From assembly GCF_009914755.1 (NCBI RefSeq), contig NC_060927.1: DNA of 64,000 nt; one strand, 5' to 3'. The stretch's first letter is position 1. Every line of letters begins with the position of its first letter. This document shows positions 25,905 through 41,262 of this stretch, piece after piece. Origin of the DNA: the human T2T-CHM13v2.0 reference genome, Homo sapiens. The notes under the pieces are model-generated. The model saw only the letters and a program-made list of their open reading frames with translations. It was not told where the DNA came from and ran no database searches. A program made the position numbers and the translations under genes.

Positions 25905-28900
25905 GTCTGTAGTCACTTTCCCTTGGAGGTACCCGTCCTGGATGGCTGGAAAGGGAAAGCTTTCCAAATGGCTGGGTCCAAGCCTCTTATAATACAGTCG
26001 GGGAGTGCGAGGCCAGAGGTAAAGGGGGACACCCAGTGTCATCGGAATGGACCCAGGCTGGACGCAAGACACCCCAACTTGGGCTGATAACTGGGGGCAG
26101 GCAGGGGAGAGGCGATCTGCCGAGTGTGATGAGCCTGTTTGGCAAGGTAGCACAGGCGGGGCCAGCAGCCCTGAAGTGCTGCCCACTCCTCCCCCGCCCC
26201 CCCACACTCCTGGAGAAGGACATTAGCTTCCCTCTCACGCCTGTGGCAGAGGAAGCCGGCTGTGCCTTTGAAAGGCAGCAATTACTGGCTGGGACCTTTG
26301 TTTCTGAATTCCTAGGCTGTGCACAGGCCTCCAGAACATCCGAAGGCTGGGATTCTCAGAAGCTTGCCCCCAGCAGCAGAGCTGGTGCCTCCACTGCACA
26401 AAAAGGGCACAGAGTTCTGGTAGCAGCGGGGGCCCTGGGCCCTAGTCCTGGACCTGGCACCAATGCTCTTCTGGTCTCAGGTACCCTCATCTGTGAAAGG
26501 GGAACATTGATCCTGGCCCTGTCTGTGTCTGAGGCTGCTGTGAGGGTTGGGAGTCAGGACGCATGCCAAGGCAAGATGGCAGGATGGGGCAGGCCCCACT
26601 TAGCATCTGCCTCCTGGCCACTCCTCCAGGCATGCTCCACCCCAGGGCCTCTGCACCGCTGTTCCCACCAGACTGTTGGGATGCTCCTCACCCCTCCTGT
26701 GCTTCCAGGCCCAGAGGCCTTCCCTGGCCACCCTCCCATCTCTGTCTATTCCCTTCACCTGGATTTATTTTCTCCATAGCTCTTGTCACCACTTGACACG
26801 TTATGTTAAAAACCAGTTTCTTTTTCTGCTTGCTGCCTGTGCTCCTGCCTGCCACAGATGCTCTGTGAAGGCAGCAGGACTGCTCAACGAGGGATCCTGA
26901 GTGCCCAACACCCGCAGGTGCTCAGGAAATGTGGCTGAATGCAGGCGGGGAAACAGCAGAGCTGAGGGGCTCCTACGGCCTCCGCTCTGATCCCTGCTCT
27001 GTCCTCCAGGGAGTGAGGCACTGGGGCATTGGCTCTGAGGTCAAGTGTGGCTCCATCCAATGGAGGGCTGTGCAGTGAGACCCAAGTGGGCAGGAGCACG
27101 GAACCTGCTAGGCCCCCACACATCCTAGAACAAAGAGCCCCATCCACACTCCCTGCATACCAGAACTTTCCTGGGCTGGCCTCGAGCAGGGCACCTGACT
27201 GACTGGCCGGCGGAGTGGACAATTCAGATGGAGCTGCAGTGGCGCCCGTGGCATGGGTGGGTGGTGCAGAGGCCAGGCTCAGCCCCTACAGGAGCCTCCT
27301 CAGCCTCCTTCCCTGGGGCCACCCTGACACAGGAACCCACACGCCTGCTGGCACCCTGAGCCATCCCATCAGGGGTGAGAGTGTGTGTACCAGTGTGAGC
27401 CCGCAAGCACATATGTGTCAAAATGGGGGCTGTGTGTTCACCCATGTGCAAAAGTGACAATGCTAGCATTTGACTACAGGAAGAACTGGGTGTGGGAATG
27501 TTCTGGAGTCTGTGTGTATACGTGTGTGCGTGTGAGATTGTGCAATGGGCATATGAGGAACTACGAGTATGAGGGCAGGGAGTGTGCTACGGTGTTGGGC
27601 AGTATTCACACCAGGATACCCAAATGTTCAAATCCCGGCTCTGCCCCCGCAGTCTCGAATCCTGAGCAGGTGACGTCTGTGGAGTGGGCTAACAATAGCC
27701 CTGACTCGCTGGGCCATAAGGGCTGTCAGCTTTCACAAAGCAAAGGAAGTACTGTTATGATGATATGTGGGTGTGACTGTGGAGTGTCCGTGCAGAGGAT
27801 CAGGTGACTGCGTGAGCGTGTCGCTCATGTGTGTACACGTGTGTACCACTTGGCTGTGTCCTCCAGGAGCGCACGCGGCGGGGCTGCCAGTCCCTAGCTG
27901 GCTCAGGGAAGCAGGGCCCAGATGGCCACCCCCTCGCTCCCTGCAGCCCAGAGTTTCAGAGTCGGTCGCTCTGACATCTCCTTCCTGTATAGCATCTGCT
28001 GCAACCCTGACACGTGGGGCCCAGCCCTTGGTTGCTGTCTCCAGGGACAGGGCCTACGACCTTGTGAGTCTCTTTTTGGGCTTGTTCAAAAACCCCCTCT
28101 CCCAGAAGCCAAGCTCTTTAGCAGGACGAAGCTCCCTCCCAAACCTCCCCCAACTCCCCTCCTCCCTCTCCATGGCCCGGCCACATCCACCCTCCACAGG
28201 TCCTTACACAGGGTGCTCCCTTCCGGGACCACTTGTCTCCCACCCTCCAAACAGGGAACCAGTCAACCTCTAGTCACCTCTACAACGCAGCACAGATGTC
28301 CCCTCCTCCCCAATTCACGTCGATGCACCGAACACAGTCCTCTAAGCCACCTCCACTGCCAGGACAGTCTGCCTGTCACTTGTCTTTCTTGCCCACGAGA
28401 CTGGAACAAGGATCTGCTGGCTTCCAATCAAGGGAGCTTTCCTCTAAGCGCAGTCTCCAGTATTTTTTTGTGTGTGTGAAAACAGAAAATGCTCTTTTTG
28501 GAAGACATCAAGATACAAAGCACACGGAAGCAGAGACCCTCAGACACCCCAGCTCCCACCAAGCGCAGCTGCACACCAATAGAAACCAACAGGCTTCTCC
28601 CCTGGGCTGCAGCCTTGGTCGTCATGGGAACTGCCGGCTGCAGGCTGGTCCTTGGGAGACCCACCAGCCTTGGATCTCGGAAGAACTATCAGCTGCAGCC
28701 TGATCCTCCGAGGGGCCTTCAGCTGAGCTCTGGTCTTTGGGGGCAGAACTTCGACTGCAGTCCTGGTCTTTGGGGGGACCTTGATTTGAGGGGAAACCAC
28801 TCCAAGCTGTAGAAGCTCTCAGGGGACATATCAGTAGTACCTCTGGCCCTTGGGGGAATTTCAGGGCCAAATGGTGGAGCTAATTTCCCCCAAAGGGCTC

Positions 28901-28984
28901 TTGGAGGCCTGCCTCTGGGTGCAGATGGGCAGTGAGGACCTAAGGAGATCCTGGGGCAGGCTGGGGTGGACGGCAAGACAGTAC

Positions 28985-29029
28985 CTGTAGCGGTCAGTGG
29001 AGAGGCTGCTTCCGGTGTCCAGGGAGCTC
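28985..29029 (-). CDS. IQSEC1: IQSEC1 45-nt cassette exon (L)SSLDTGSSLSTDRY(S), phase 2-2
   Basis: Branch-like AGTAAC, pyrimidine tract ctgtctcgcttttgccacctcAG|G AGC TCC CTG GAC ACC GGA AGC AGC CTC TCC ACT GAC CGC TAC AG|GTACTG. Frame-preserving; resembles the recalled rodent BRAG2 N-terminus MACRRRYLSSLETGSSLSTDRYSVEGEAP. Confidence 0.85.
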
Positions 29030-32000
29030 CTGAGGTGGCAAAAGCGAGACAGGGTTACTTATGGTCCCACACACACAGCAAACCCCTTGGGGGCCATGTC
29101 CACTCAGGCCCCAGCAGGTGGTCCCAGGACAGGTCCTGGGGCAACTGAGCAGCCCTGGGAAGAGCGTCTGCCCCACATGCAAGAAACCATGTGCTTTCTT
29201 TCCCCCTGCTGGCTCAACTGAGAAGCTGCCTTGTCTCTACCCCATGGCAATGTCAAGTCCCACTGCCCCCTGTTCAGATGGGGAAACTGAGGCTCAAGGA
29301 GAGGAAGCGCAGTGGGCAGGGTTAAAGGTCCTCTCTGGCTGGACCCAGACTTAACCTCGGGTATGTTTGACCTGAGCCACCATGCTCCTTCCCCAAAGAG
29401 CCCTGCACCAGGAATCTCAGCAGACCCATGGGTTTGGGCCCACCCAGCCTCCATGCCGGCAGCCCAGGGGCCCTGGAGCCCTGATTTCCTGCCCAGAGAC
29501 TCGGCGTCCAGCTCTGGATCTGGGCCCAGGAGCCTGGGTCCTGCCTCCTGCCTTTGACCAAGTTCGGTCTGTGCTATGGGGTGTGGGCCTGGAGCCAGCC
29601 CAACTAGGATCACATCCCACCTCCACCCATGACTAGCCATAGACTTGGTGCCTGTCCCCTCACCTCTCTGTGCCTCAGTTTCCTCATGTGTAAAATGGGA
29701 GTAGGAAAAGCAGATCTCTCACAGGGGCAACAAATGCATCTGAAAGGACTGTCTCTTGTCTGCTCTGCCTGGCAGCACACCTCACGTTCTGTGTCTTCAG
29801 GGCGTGGAGTGATGCTTTCCTGGAGGCTGGGGGGCCCCATCCCCACAACACTGCCTGTACCTGCCCACCTGGGGAGCATCAGCTATGACACAGAACTCAT
29901 CCCTAGAGACCATGCCCTTGGAATACCCTCTTCTCCAATGCCACCTGCCTTCCGGCATGGGGCACCCACACCCCCCATCGCTGCCTCACACACTTCTCCC
30001 CACCTGAGGCCTTAGAAGTCCAGGGCACAGGCCAAGCCTGGGCCTATGTTTGGCCACAGTGGGGTTTGACATTCTGGGCCCAAGCTGGGTGCCTGCCATG
30101 GGTCGTCCCAGCTTTAGCCTCCGTTTCCCTACTTGCTCTCATACAAGAGCCCTGCTGGACACACCCCTGGAAGGAGGCTGACCTTCCTTCCCGTGTCCCA
30201 TGCTGGCCTGTGATTCCGCTACTTCCTGTCTAGCTGCCATTGTGGCCGCTGGTAGATCCTATGTTCAGCAGATTCGAATCCCCAATGCCAGGCCCTGCTC
30301 CACACGCCATCCCTTAGGGACTCCCATCCACAGCACAATGCCTCCTTCTTCTCCAGCCCCAGCAGAAGAGGCCCCAGGTGGCACCCCTCTCCCCTTGAGC
30401 CAGAACCCACCCAGGGCCACACTCTGTGGGCTCAGCAGCTCTACCTGTGTGGCAGCCATGCCTTGCCAAAGCTCATGAAGAAAAGAAGACATGAGGGGTG
30501 GTGCCAAGACGCTGTGAGCTCACTTCCTGGACTGGTCACAGTCCTGTGCCCAATCTGGGATGGGCAACAGGTTTTATAGGAGGGAGAGCTAGCGGGGTGG
30601 CAAGCAGGCCTTCCCTGCCTTCCAGTGCCAGAACCCACACTGGGCATGGTGAGGAATTTTGGCCTTCAGGGAGTCCTGGATCTGGACAAGAGGACCCAGC
30701 CCTCCATCCCCCAGCCTGGCCGCTCAGCTGCACACGAGCCACATGAGATGATACCAATACGATGCGACGAAAATACTGCAAAATGGTGCCAGGTTCCTGG
30801 GCCCCACAGGCAGAGCCCACTGTTCCCAGGCCCAGGGCTGCCCTGCCACAGCCATAGAGATTCAACTCCCCAGCTCTGATCTCACTCTGGCCACATCATG
30901 ACAAACTAGCAATATCTTCACCTACTGCAGGGAGCCCACCTCAGGCTGTGTTCTTCCCACACACTTCATCCGACCCTTGCATTAACCTTATGAGGCACAT
31001 GGAATCATGCTCCCACTTCACAGAGGCTGAAGGTATGGCTCACGGAGACCCCACACACGGAACACCATTCCATTCCCTGCCTCCTTATCCAGACGCAAAC
31101 TCCTAATCGCCCTTCAAAACCCTGCTCAAATGTCAACGCCTTTCTCTGTCTACCTTGCACCCTCCCTCAGCGGACTCCTTTCTTCCTTCTTCCTTTCCTG
31201 TTTCCCTCCTTTCCTTTCTTTCTTCTCCTCTCTCTCACTTTCCTAATAATAGCAAATATTTTTTGAGCAGTTTCTGAGTGGCAGGAGTGTTAACACTTCA
31301 CAGGTATTAACTCATTGAGCTATGCAACAGAGGTACGGTCACACCCTACATGCTGTGGTACATGGGTCCAAGGAATTGAGCTGTGTGCAATACTCTCTCT
31401 CCAACCAGACAGTACGGTCGCTGAAGTCTGCATGTGAAGACGGGAAACTGTCAGGTGGATGCAATGTGCCCTTGCAGGCCTGCTGTGGCCCAGTGCTGAA
31501 CCCCACAGCAGGCAGTGGCCCCTGCCTGCCCTCTCCACTTCTCCCCACCTGTGTACCTGCACCCCCACCCCCCGCCCCAGAAATCCTCAGTGGCCTGGAA
31601 CACTCAGCAGTTCCTCCCACCAGCTGCCTCGGTGCCCCACCCCTCCAAGACAGTATAGCTAGGACTGGCTCTGAATGGAGACCCTCCCTCTGTCAACTGC
31701 CTTGTTGGGTCCAAGTTGTCTGCAGCCTTGTCCAGCCAAGACTGAGGCCTTGTTCTCCCTGCCGTCCTTTTTCATCACTCAGCACAGCAGTGCACAGGCC
31801 AGGAACAGGCCCCAGCAAAAAAGGCCCAGAGTGAGGGTGCACAGGGTCCCCAGAGAGAACCCTCAGCCCAGCAGTCCTGAATTTGGAACCAACCCCAACT
31901 TGTGTGTGCCCCGGGGATAGCAATAACAGCGCCCACCTCCCAGAGCTGTTGAGAAATGAGATAGTGCCCATAAAGTAAAAGGGCTTTGCAAACCAGAAAA

Positions 32001-32069
32001 CGCCATTGCATGCATATTTGAGATACATCATTATTATCATTACATAGACTAGTGTATGTTGAGACGTAA

Positions 32070-32290
32070 GAGCTTAAAGGTTAACACATGAGTTCTAGAG
32101 CCAAGAGGGCCAGGGTTCAAATCCCAGCTATGCCACCTACTAGCTGAGTGCCCTTGGGCAAGTTAACTAACCTCTCTGTGCCCCATTTTAGCTTTTTCAT
32201 CTGTAATGTTTTGGGAAGATTAAACAGGTTAATACATTTAAAAGGCTTAAAACAGTGCCAAGAACAGAGTCGGCATTCCATAAAAGCTAG
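32070..32290 (+). mobile_element. MIR (one of many in the window)
   Basis: gggttcaaatcccagct..ctagctgagtgcccttgggcaagttaactaacctctctgtgcc..catctgtaa. Confidence 0.85.
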
Positions 32291-33414
32291 CTCTGACTAG
32301 GACAGGACTCAAAAGATTTGCATGATATTCAATATACCTTATATTGTATTATATTACATATATTAATGTGTGATACCAACAAAATACAAATAAAATATAT
32401 TATGTTAACATGCACACATATTTTTTAACACATTAACTCTATATTAATAGATATTTGTTATATATATGAATATATGAGTCTCATTTTATGTATGAGGGCA
32501 CTGGGGCTCAGAGAGGTGCAGCAACGAGCTCAGTGGCACCCAGTTTCCCTGAAGGTTTGCCAGCCCCAAGTCCAGAGTTCTGTCCACCTGCTAGAGCTGC
32601 ATCGCTTCCCCTGCTTCACCCCCAGGATCTTTGGAGGACCCTGGTCCAGGCTCATGGACACAGAGCTGCCAGTCAGCTAGGCAGGGCTCCAGCCCCTCCT
32701 CCATCCTTCACCTCTGGCTCAGAGACAAGCAGCCCATTCCAGCCATGCTGAGTGAGGCCCCTCCTCCTCTGTCCCCAGTCCCACTTCACAGCCTCCTGGG
32801 GAGGCTGCTTCCTTTTCCTTTTCAGAACCAACTGGTTGCCCCAGGCCTACACCCTGGCACTGCTTCTAAACAGCACCCGACCATTGAAGCAAAGTTCAAG
32901 AGCAGGAAAAAGTGCTGCTCTGTGCTGCACAAAGTCAGGAGAGCAGCCCCAGGGAATGGGCTGTGACTGTGACTGGCAGGGGCAGGGGCAGGGATCTTGG
33001 GGTGGGGTCTGTTCTGAGGTCAGGTGCTGGTTACATGAGTGTGTTCAGTTTGTGGCAATTCTACAAGCCATACGCTGATGAATTGTGCACTTTTCTGTAC
33101 ATATATAATAATTCAGTATCAATTTACACGAAGACAAAAACCAAACCGTCTGCCTCACGTTCAGTCTCCAGCACCAGCCTGGAGCAACAGAAGCCCAGGC
33201 CTCAGGCTCAGCTGGAACTGGTGGTCATCCCCTTTCTTGCACAGCACTTGCGTGGTCTTGGAAACCTCCCTCCCTGCCTCAGTTTCCCTCTGCTAAATGA
33301 GGAAGTGGTCAGTGTTTCTATCCTGGTTGTAGGGTAAACACCCTGGGGTGCTTTTAAGAAATATGGACGCTTGGGCCCTAATGCAGACCAAGTTCCTGCG
33401 CCTAGGGCTTAAAA

Positions 33415-34815
<1,401 letters not shown>

Positions 34816-37800
34816 CTAATGCAGAACCAGTGAATCCCCTCGAGCCTTCCAAGCTTAGACAGTTCTGTCCGTTTTAAAAGAACCCATTCGCTGCTGTAAG
34901 AATTATTCCAGAACACCCTGTGCTTTCTGGAAGGAACACCTGGATCCAGGCCTCAGGGCGGGGTCTAGGTGGCCAAAGGCAGCTCTGAGCTGTCTCAGCC
35001 AGACGATGACCTTGTGTGTTCCTGAGACGGAATGGGAGGAAAAGGGAAGGAATGCAGGGACCACGGGGAGAAGGGAGACTCTGGGAGTCGGCTCACAGCC
35101 CCAGCAGCTGCCATGACTAGGCTCACCAGCGGCAACACACTCCTACCAGCGAGTGGGCTGGGTCTGTGGTTTGGGGTGAGGGCATGACCCAGGAGGGGCC
35201 TGAGGCAGGGACGCCTCAGACTGCTACAGACCCTGGAAGGGGTTGTGTGAGTAATTTGCCTCAGTTTCCAAAGGGGTGGGGAGGCCACAGACCTCTCTGT
35301 TCCACTGTCCCCCTCCCTCTTATTAAATAAGTCACATATATTCACTGTACTAACTTTAGAAAATAACAGTGAAACACAACAAGGAAAATAAAATTATCCA
35401 CCATTCCAACTCCCTGGGGATACCCCAGTGTTAATATTTGAGGAGACTTTCTGGCTGTGCCTGTGCCTGGGTGTAGATGTGTTTTAGTTACACAAAAATA
35501 CGCTCCACTCTGCGAAACACTTTCCCCCACTTCGCACCGTCTCTCGAGTGTGTTTCTCGGTCTGGAAGCATTCCTCCCCTCGCCCCATGGAAAGCTGGTG
35601 GAGCCTGGCAGGCGTTCCCCTGCCCACGGTGGGTGTTGAGCTTGGCTGTCTCTCTCGTTGGCCCTGGTAAACAAGGCAGTGGCTTCAATAGGGTTTCTAT
35701 GCACAGCCACAGTCTCTCCTTTAGGACCAATTCCCGGCATGGCTGGGGCACAGGAGGGATGTTTTTTGGGCTATGGGTACACCCGGATGTCCACCCAGAG
35801 ATGGGACCAACAACACACTCCTACCAGCAGTTGACTGTGAGTGTTGGACCATTCTTAGGGCTCCAGAAGTTTCTCTGTTTGGGGCAGAAGCGAGGGCAAG
35901 GGAGGAAGCAGTGGGCACCCTTCTACCCTGTCCCCCACACGCCAGGCCCTGGCCCTGCAGTTTACGTGTCAGCCATTGGTGTCCACAGCCGAGCTATGAA
36001 CTGTGTCACAGATGAAGTGAACAAGAGCACGCTGGGTCTGCATTCCTGGCCTCCCTCCACCCCGTCACGTTGCCAGCAAGAAGGGAGCCTAACAGCGATG
36101 CCAGGTCCCCCAGGCTTACTGTGCCCCTTGAGCTCAGGGACGGGATGCAGTCAGCCCTCCTCCCTGGGCCTCCTGAGGCTGAGGCGCAGAGAAGTGAAGA
36201 GGTGGCCTCTGGACTTGAGCCCAGGAAAGCCACCGTGTCACCTTGTGGTCTCATTCCATGATCCCCGAGGGGGGAGGCTGTTTGCCAGTGTCACACGGTG
36301 GGACCCCAGGAGCCACGGCAGGGCACTCGGGTCAGACGGACCCTGTTGGGCCTCAGAAGCCACATGACCCCGCCTGAGCCTCAGTTTCCTCATTTGTAAA
36401 ACGGGGCTGATCAGAGGTTACAGCGAGGCTCCCAGAAGCTGACGGCTGGAGGCACCTCATAAACTGGCCTGAGGGGCTGCTACACTGGCTGACGCCCGCC
36501 TGTCCTGCCCAGGCCTCCCAAGCCCTGAGAAGGCCACAGAAGGCTCCTGTCCACCCACCGCCGGCCTTCCTGTCCTGGCTCTGGGCCACAGACCGCCCTG
36601 CCTGCGGGCTTGGGGCCCCACCACTGGGCACAGTGCGGCGATTGTCCCGGGGTTGGCCTGCACACCCCTCCATCCTGCCAAACTGCCCTGCCCAGGAGCT
36701 CAGCCCGCCTGTGTCTGGAACACTCCCTCCTCTGGGGGCAGATGGGGGTCTCAGTGAGGTCTTCCTGGACAGAGAGCCCAGGGTAGCGAGGCGGAAGCCC
36801 TGGGGTGAGACTTGTCTGGGCCTCAGTTTCCCCATCAGTGTCATGAGGAGTTGGTCTAGAGAAGTGGTTATTAACTCTGGCAGGGGGAGTCTCAGGCCAC
36901 TTTGAAATGATGCTTCATCCAATCTAGTCTCCATGCAGCCCCCAATTCCAGGTCTAAGAGCTTAGCACTAATTCATTTCACGCTCAACCACCCTGTGACA
37001 GGAGATATTCTCCTCCCCACTTTACAGATGTGAAAACGGAGGCACCTAGCCATGATCAGAGGCGTAACTCAAAGAGTGAATCAGACAGATGCCTTCACCA
37101 CCCGTGTAGAGCAGGGGCACAGGCAAAATACACAAACAAGGTAACCTCAAGTGATCCAGAAAGTAATACCAGGAGATAGTGGATGGGTAGAGTGGCGAAG
37201 CAGGGGGCTGCCCCCACTAACCCGGTCCAGAGCTGCCTCAAGGAAGAGGCGATCACTGGGCCAAGGTCACAGAGGGAGTACATGCTGTGCAAGGGGCCAG
37301 CAAGGACAAAACTTGCAGAGTGACCTCGGAACATCCTGGCGGAGGGGCCCTGGGGTGCAGGGTCCAGGCCCGGGGTGGGGCAGGCCAGGCATCTACTGCA
37401 GGAGTGAAGGCCTGGCTTGCATAGAGAGGCCCACCTGGCCCACCACACCTGCCAAGTAGCACCACCGAGATGTCCCCCCCACCACCATTCCAGCTTCTTC
37501 TGTGACCCCCAAAGGCTCCACCAAGGACTCTCTTCTTAAGACAGCAGCACGAGTCATGAGTGTCTCGGGTCAGGCCATGTCCAACTTCTCCTGGGCTTGC
37601 CTGGGTGGGATCAAGGCCTCACCATGTGGCCCGGAGCCTGACCAAGCCTGTGTGTCGGTGTCCTGTGGTCCTGAGTCCAGGACTGCTGCCAAGTCCTGTT
37701 CATTCTAGGCCCAATTCACTGATAGGCAAGAAGTAGAGAGAAGCCTTAGTCCAGTACAGGCTTGGGGGAGGGGTGTACCTGCAATCCTTGGAGTTCAGCC

Positions 37801-39497
37801 CTCCCAACCTCATGTCCTGGCCCTGAAAGAACCATCTGGCACCACCCCATCTACAGGGCAAATACAGCTTCCAGCAAACCCTCTAGAGTCCACCTGGCCT
37901 TTCTGGGGGGTCCTTCCTGGGTTTTCAGCCTCCCCTCCTTCAGATGTCAGACCCTTCAGGTGCTGACAGGATCTCATTTAATCCTCAAGCCGGCCTGGGA
38001 AGCTTAGGTTTCTTATTCCCATTTTACATATGAGGAAACTAAGGCTCAGAAAGGTGGAGAACTCCCCAAGCCTCCTCAGCAGATACACGTATCCACTCAG
38101 CTCCTGACCTGAGCCTGTGGGCTCTGTCCCCTGCTCCCTGCTGTAACGTCCCGCACCACCCATAGTCAGCTCAGGCGGCTGATCTCCAACCAGGAAGAAC
38201 ATTCTGAGCCCTCCCAACCTCAGGATGGAGGATTTGCTGAGGCGAGTTTTCCCTGAGGGTGTCCTTCCACTGGAAGTCCTTAGGATATTCAGAAAGCAAC
38301 CCAATTCACCTAGCAACTTACATATTTTAAAAATTTCATTTTAAAATCGCTAATGTATACTCATGGTTCAAAACTAAAATACAGAAGTTGTCAAGCAGAA
38401 GGTCTCCCTCCTAAATGTTCCATATCCACCAGGCTCCCAGGCACACAATGCATACCTGTAACGCATACATGTTCCCCTTGTCTCTTATTCCTTACACAGA
38501 GCCCCATCTTTTGGGCCCCCTTATAGGATTTCTTTATGTGAACATAAGCGGACACATATGCACACAGAGACGGGCGGTATCTATGTGCCTGCAATGCATA
38601 CACGTTCCCCTGGTCTCTAGTTCCTTACACAGAGGCCTTATCCTGACTGCAATGTGCTCCTGCCTTCCCCAAGCACCACACTCTTGAACTCACTCTCTGG
38701 CCATTCGGTCTCAGGCACAGCTCCCCGTGTGGACTGAAGACACAGCCAGGGGATGGAGGTGGCCTCTGCTTCACAGCTGCCCTCCCAGACCTGAGCCCCT
38801 GACCTAAAACAGTGGTGGGGGACACAGCGTATACCTGCTGGGTGCAGTGGAGGCCCCAGGCCAATCTTGGCCCTGTAGACTTTTCCATGCCCAATGGAGG
38901 GTCTACAGGACAGCCCCTCAACCCACAACACACACTCAGAACCATGCTGCCCTCACACGGCCAGACAAGCACACACACAAGACACACCCTTAGCACCATA
39001 CACATGCAGACACTACATGCACAACATGTGCAAGCAGGCACATGCACACGGGCTCTTCCAGTGAGTGGCGGGGAACACCCCACTGTCCCCAGCCCTGGTC
39101 TTAGGTGGCCGAGCACAGACAGGAGAAGCACCTGGCACAGGGTCACACAATGAGCAAGGATTAGGCTAGGATGGGGCCCCAGACATCCCGCCTGCCGGCC
39201 TGGGGGCCCTACCACTGGGCACAGTGAGATGATTGTCCCAGAGCTGGCCTCCAATGCTCCTCCATCCTGCCAAACTGCCCTGCCCAGGAGCTCAGCCTGC
39301 CTGAGTCTGGAAAACTCCCTGCTGTTTTAGGGCTCTCCTTACCCACTCCCCCACCCCATGCCTGCACTCAGCAACTACATGAAAGGAAAATCTGCCCCCA
39401 GGCTCCCTGCAGCTCAGGGCCAGGAACCCAGACAGCAGGTGACAAAACAGCTCAGGCTTAACTCACACATCCTTCTCATTAAGAAAAAACATTTTCA

Positions 39498-39806
<309 letters not shown>

Positions 39807-40990
39807 TCAAACCCCTGTGGGCCAGACACTGGGCTGGGCACTTCCATACAAACCCCACAGGGGCATGAAGGTTAGGAGAGGCCAATAAAGGCTAGGGCCA
39901 TGATGTGCTGAGTGCCACTGTGTGCCTGGTATATGACCTCTGTCCTTCCAAACATCCTTGGGGGCAGGGGTTGTTATCTTTCCCACCTCACACAGGAGCA
40001 AGCTGGGGTTCAGAGAGGTAAAGGAGTTGTCTGAAGTCACACAGCAGGTGAGGGCTATCTTTGTGGCCAGTCAGCACCATCCAGGGGAGGACCTGGAGGG
40101 CAGCTGCAGGGGACCTGAAGCCTTAGTGGGGCCCTGGAAGGAGAACCCACCCCCAGCCTGTGGGTACAAGGGTGTGCTGGTTTCTGGATAAACAGAGAGC
40201 CCAACCTGCCTCCCATCCCTCGCCATGCATGAGAGGAAGGAGCTGGAAAGCTCGGTCTGAGTGTGGGGGCTTCTATTTTAGGGGCGCAAGATGCTGTCAC
40301 GACACACAGTGTTCCCCATGCATCTGTCTCCACTTGGGACACAGAGCATTTTCCTGGCAGAGAGCTGCAGCAGGGCGGCAGGCCTTGGGTGCCCTCGGCC
40401 CACGGGGTGCCTGGTAGCTTTGGCCAGCGGCGGACAGCGCTGCCCTCAGCCAGGTGGGTGGGCTGAGCTCTGGGTGCAGGAGGTGGATGGGGGGGTAGTG
40501 CCCTCACCAGGGCATGAGAGTGGGGATGGTGCCAGCCTCTGACACATCCTCTCCTGCGGTAGCCATCTCTTCCTGGGCTCCCTCCACCCTTTGGTGACAC
40601 CAAGGTCACTGTCCTGAGTCTGACCTCCTTCCACCCCCGACCTCCAGACACAAGGAGCTCAATGCTCCCAGGCTCCTCCCTGGGTGTCCCATAGGGCTCT
40701 CCTTACACCAGCAGGCCCCACCCCAGGGGCCCATCTCGGCAATGGCGCTGCCACCCATCAGACCCCCAGGCCAGACCCCTAGGCACTATGGTCTACTATG
40801 CCTTTGATGCCCTGTTCTCCCGTTCCCTCCCAGTCTTGGGCTGAGTCTCTGTGGGCACCCTGGGCACCTCTGCTCCAGCAGCTGCCTCGGCCTCCCCATC
40901 AGACCACCTCCGGCTTTTCCTATCACCCCCTGACCACACAGCACAGGCCTGGCACGGGGTGCCCTCTGGGTGATGTGAGAGAGGCAGCAT

Positions 40991-41262
<272 letters not shown>

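Noticed and set aside
35477-36367. Longest ORF (296 aa, +) and other long ORFs such as 26036-26779 and 38625-39254
   Set aside because: No recognisable domain, composition typical of GC-rich intronic DNA, near-cognate starts, no exon structure.
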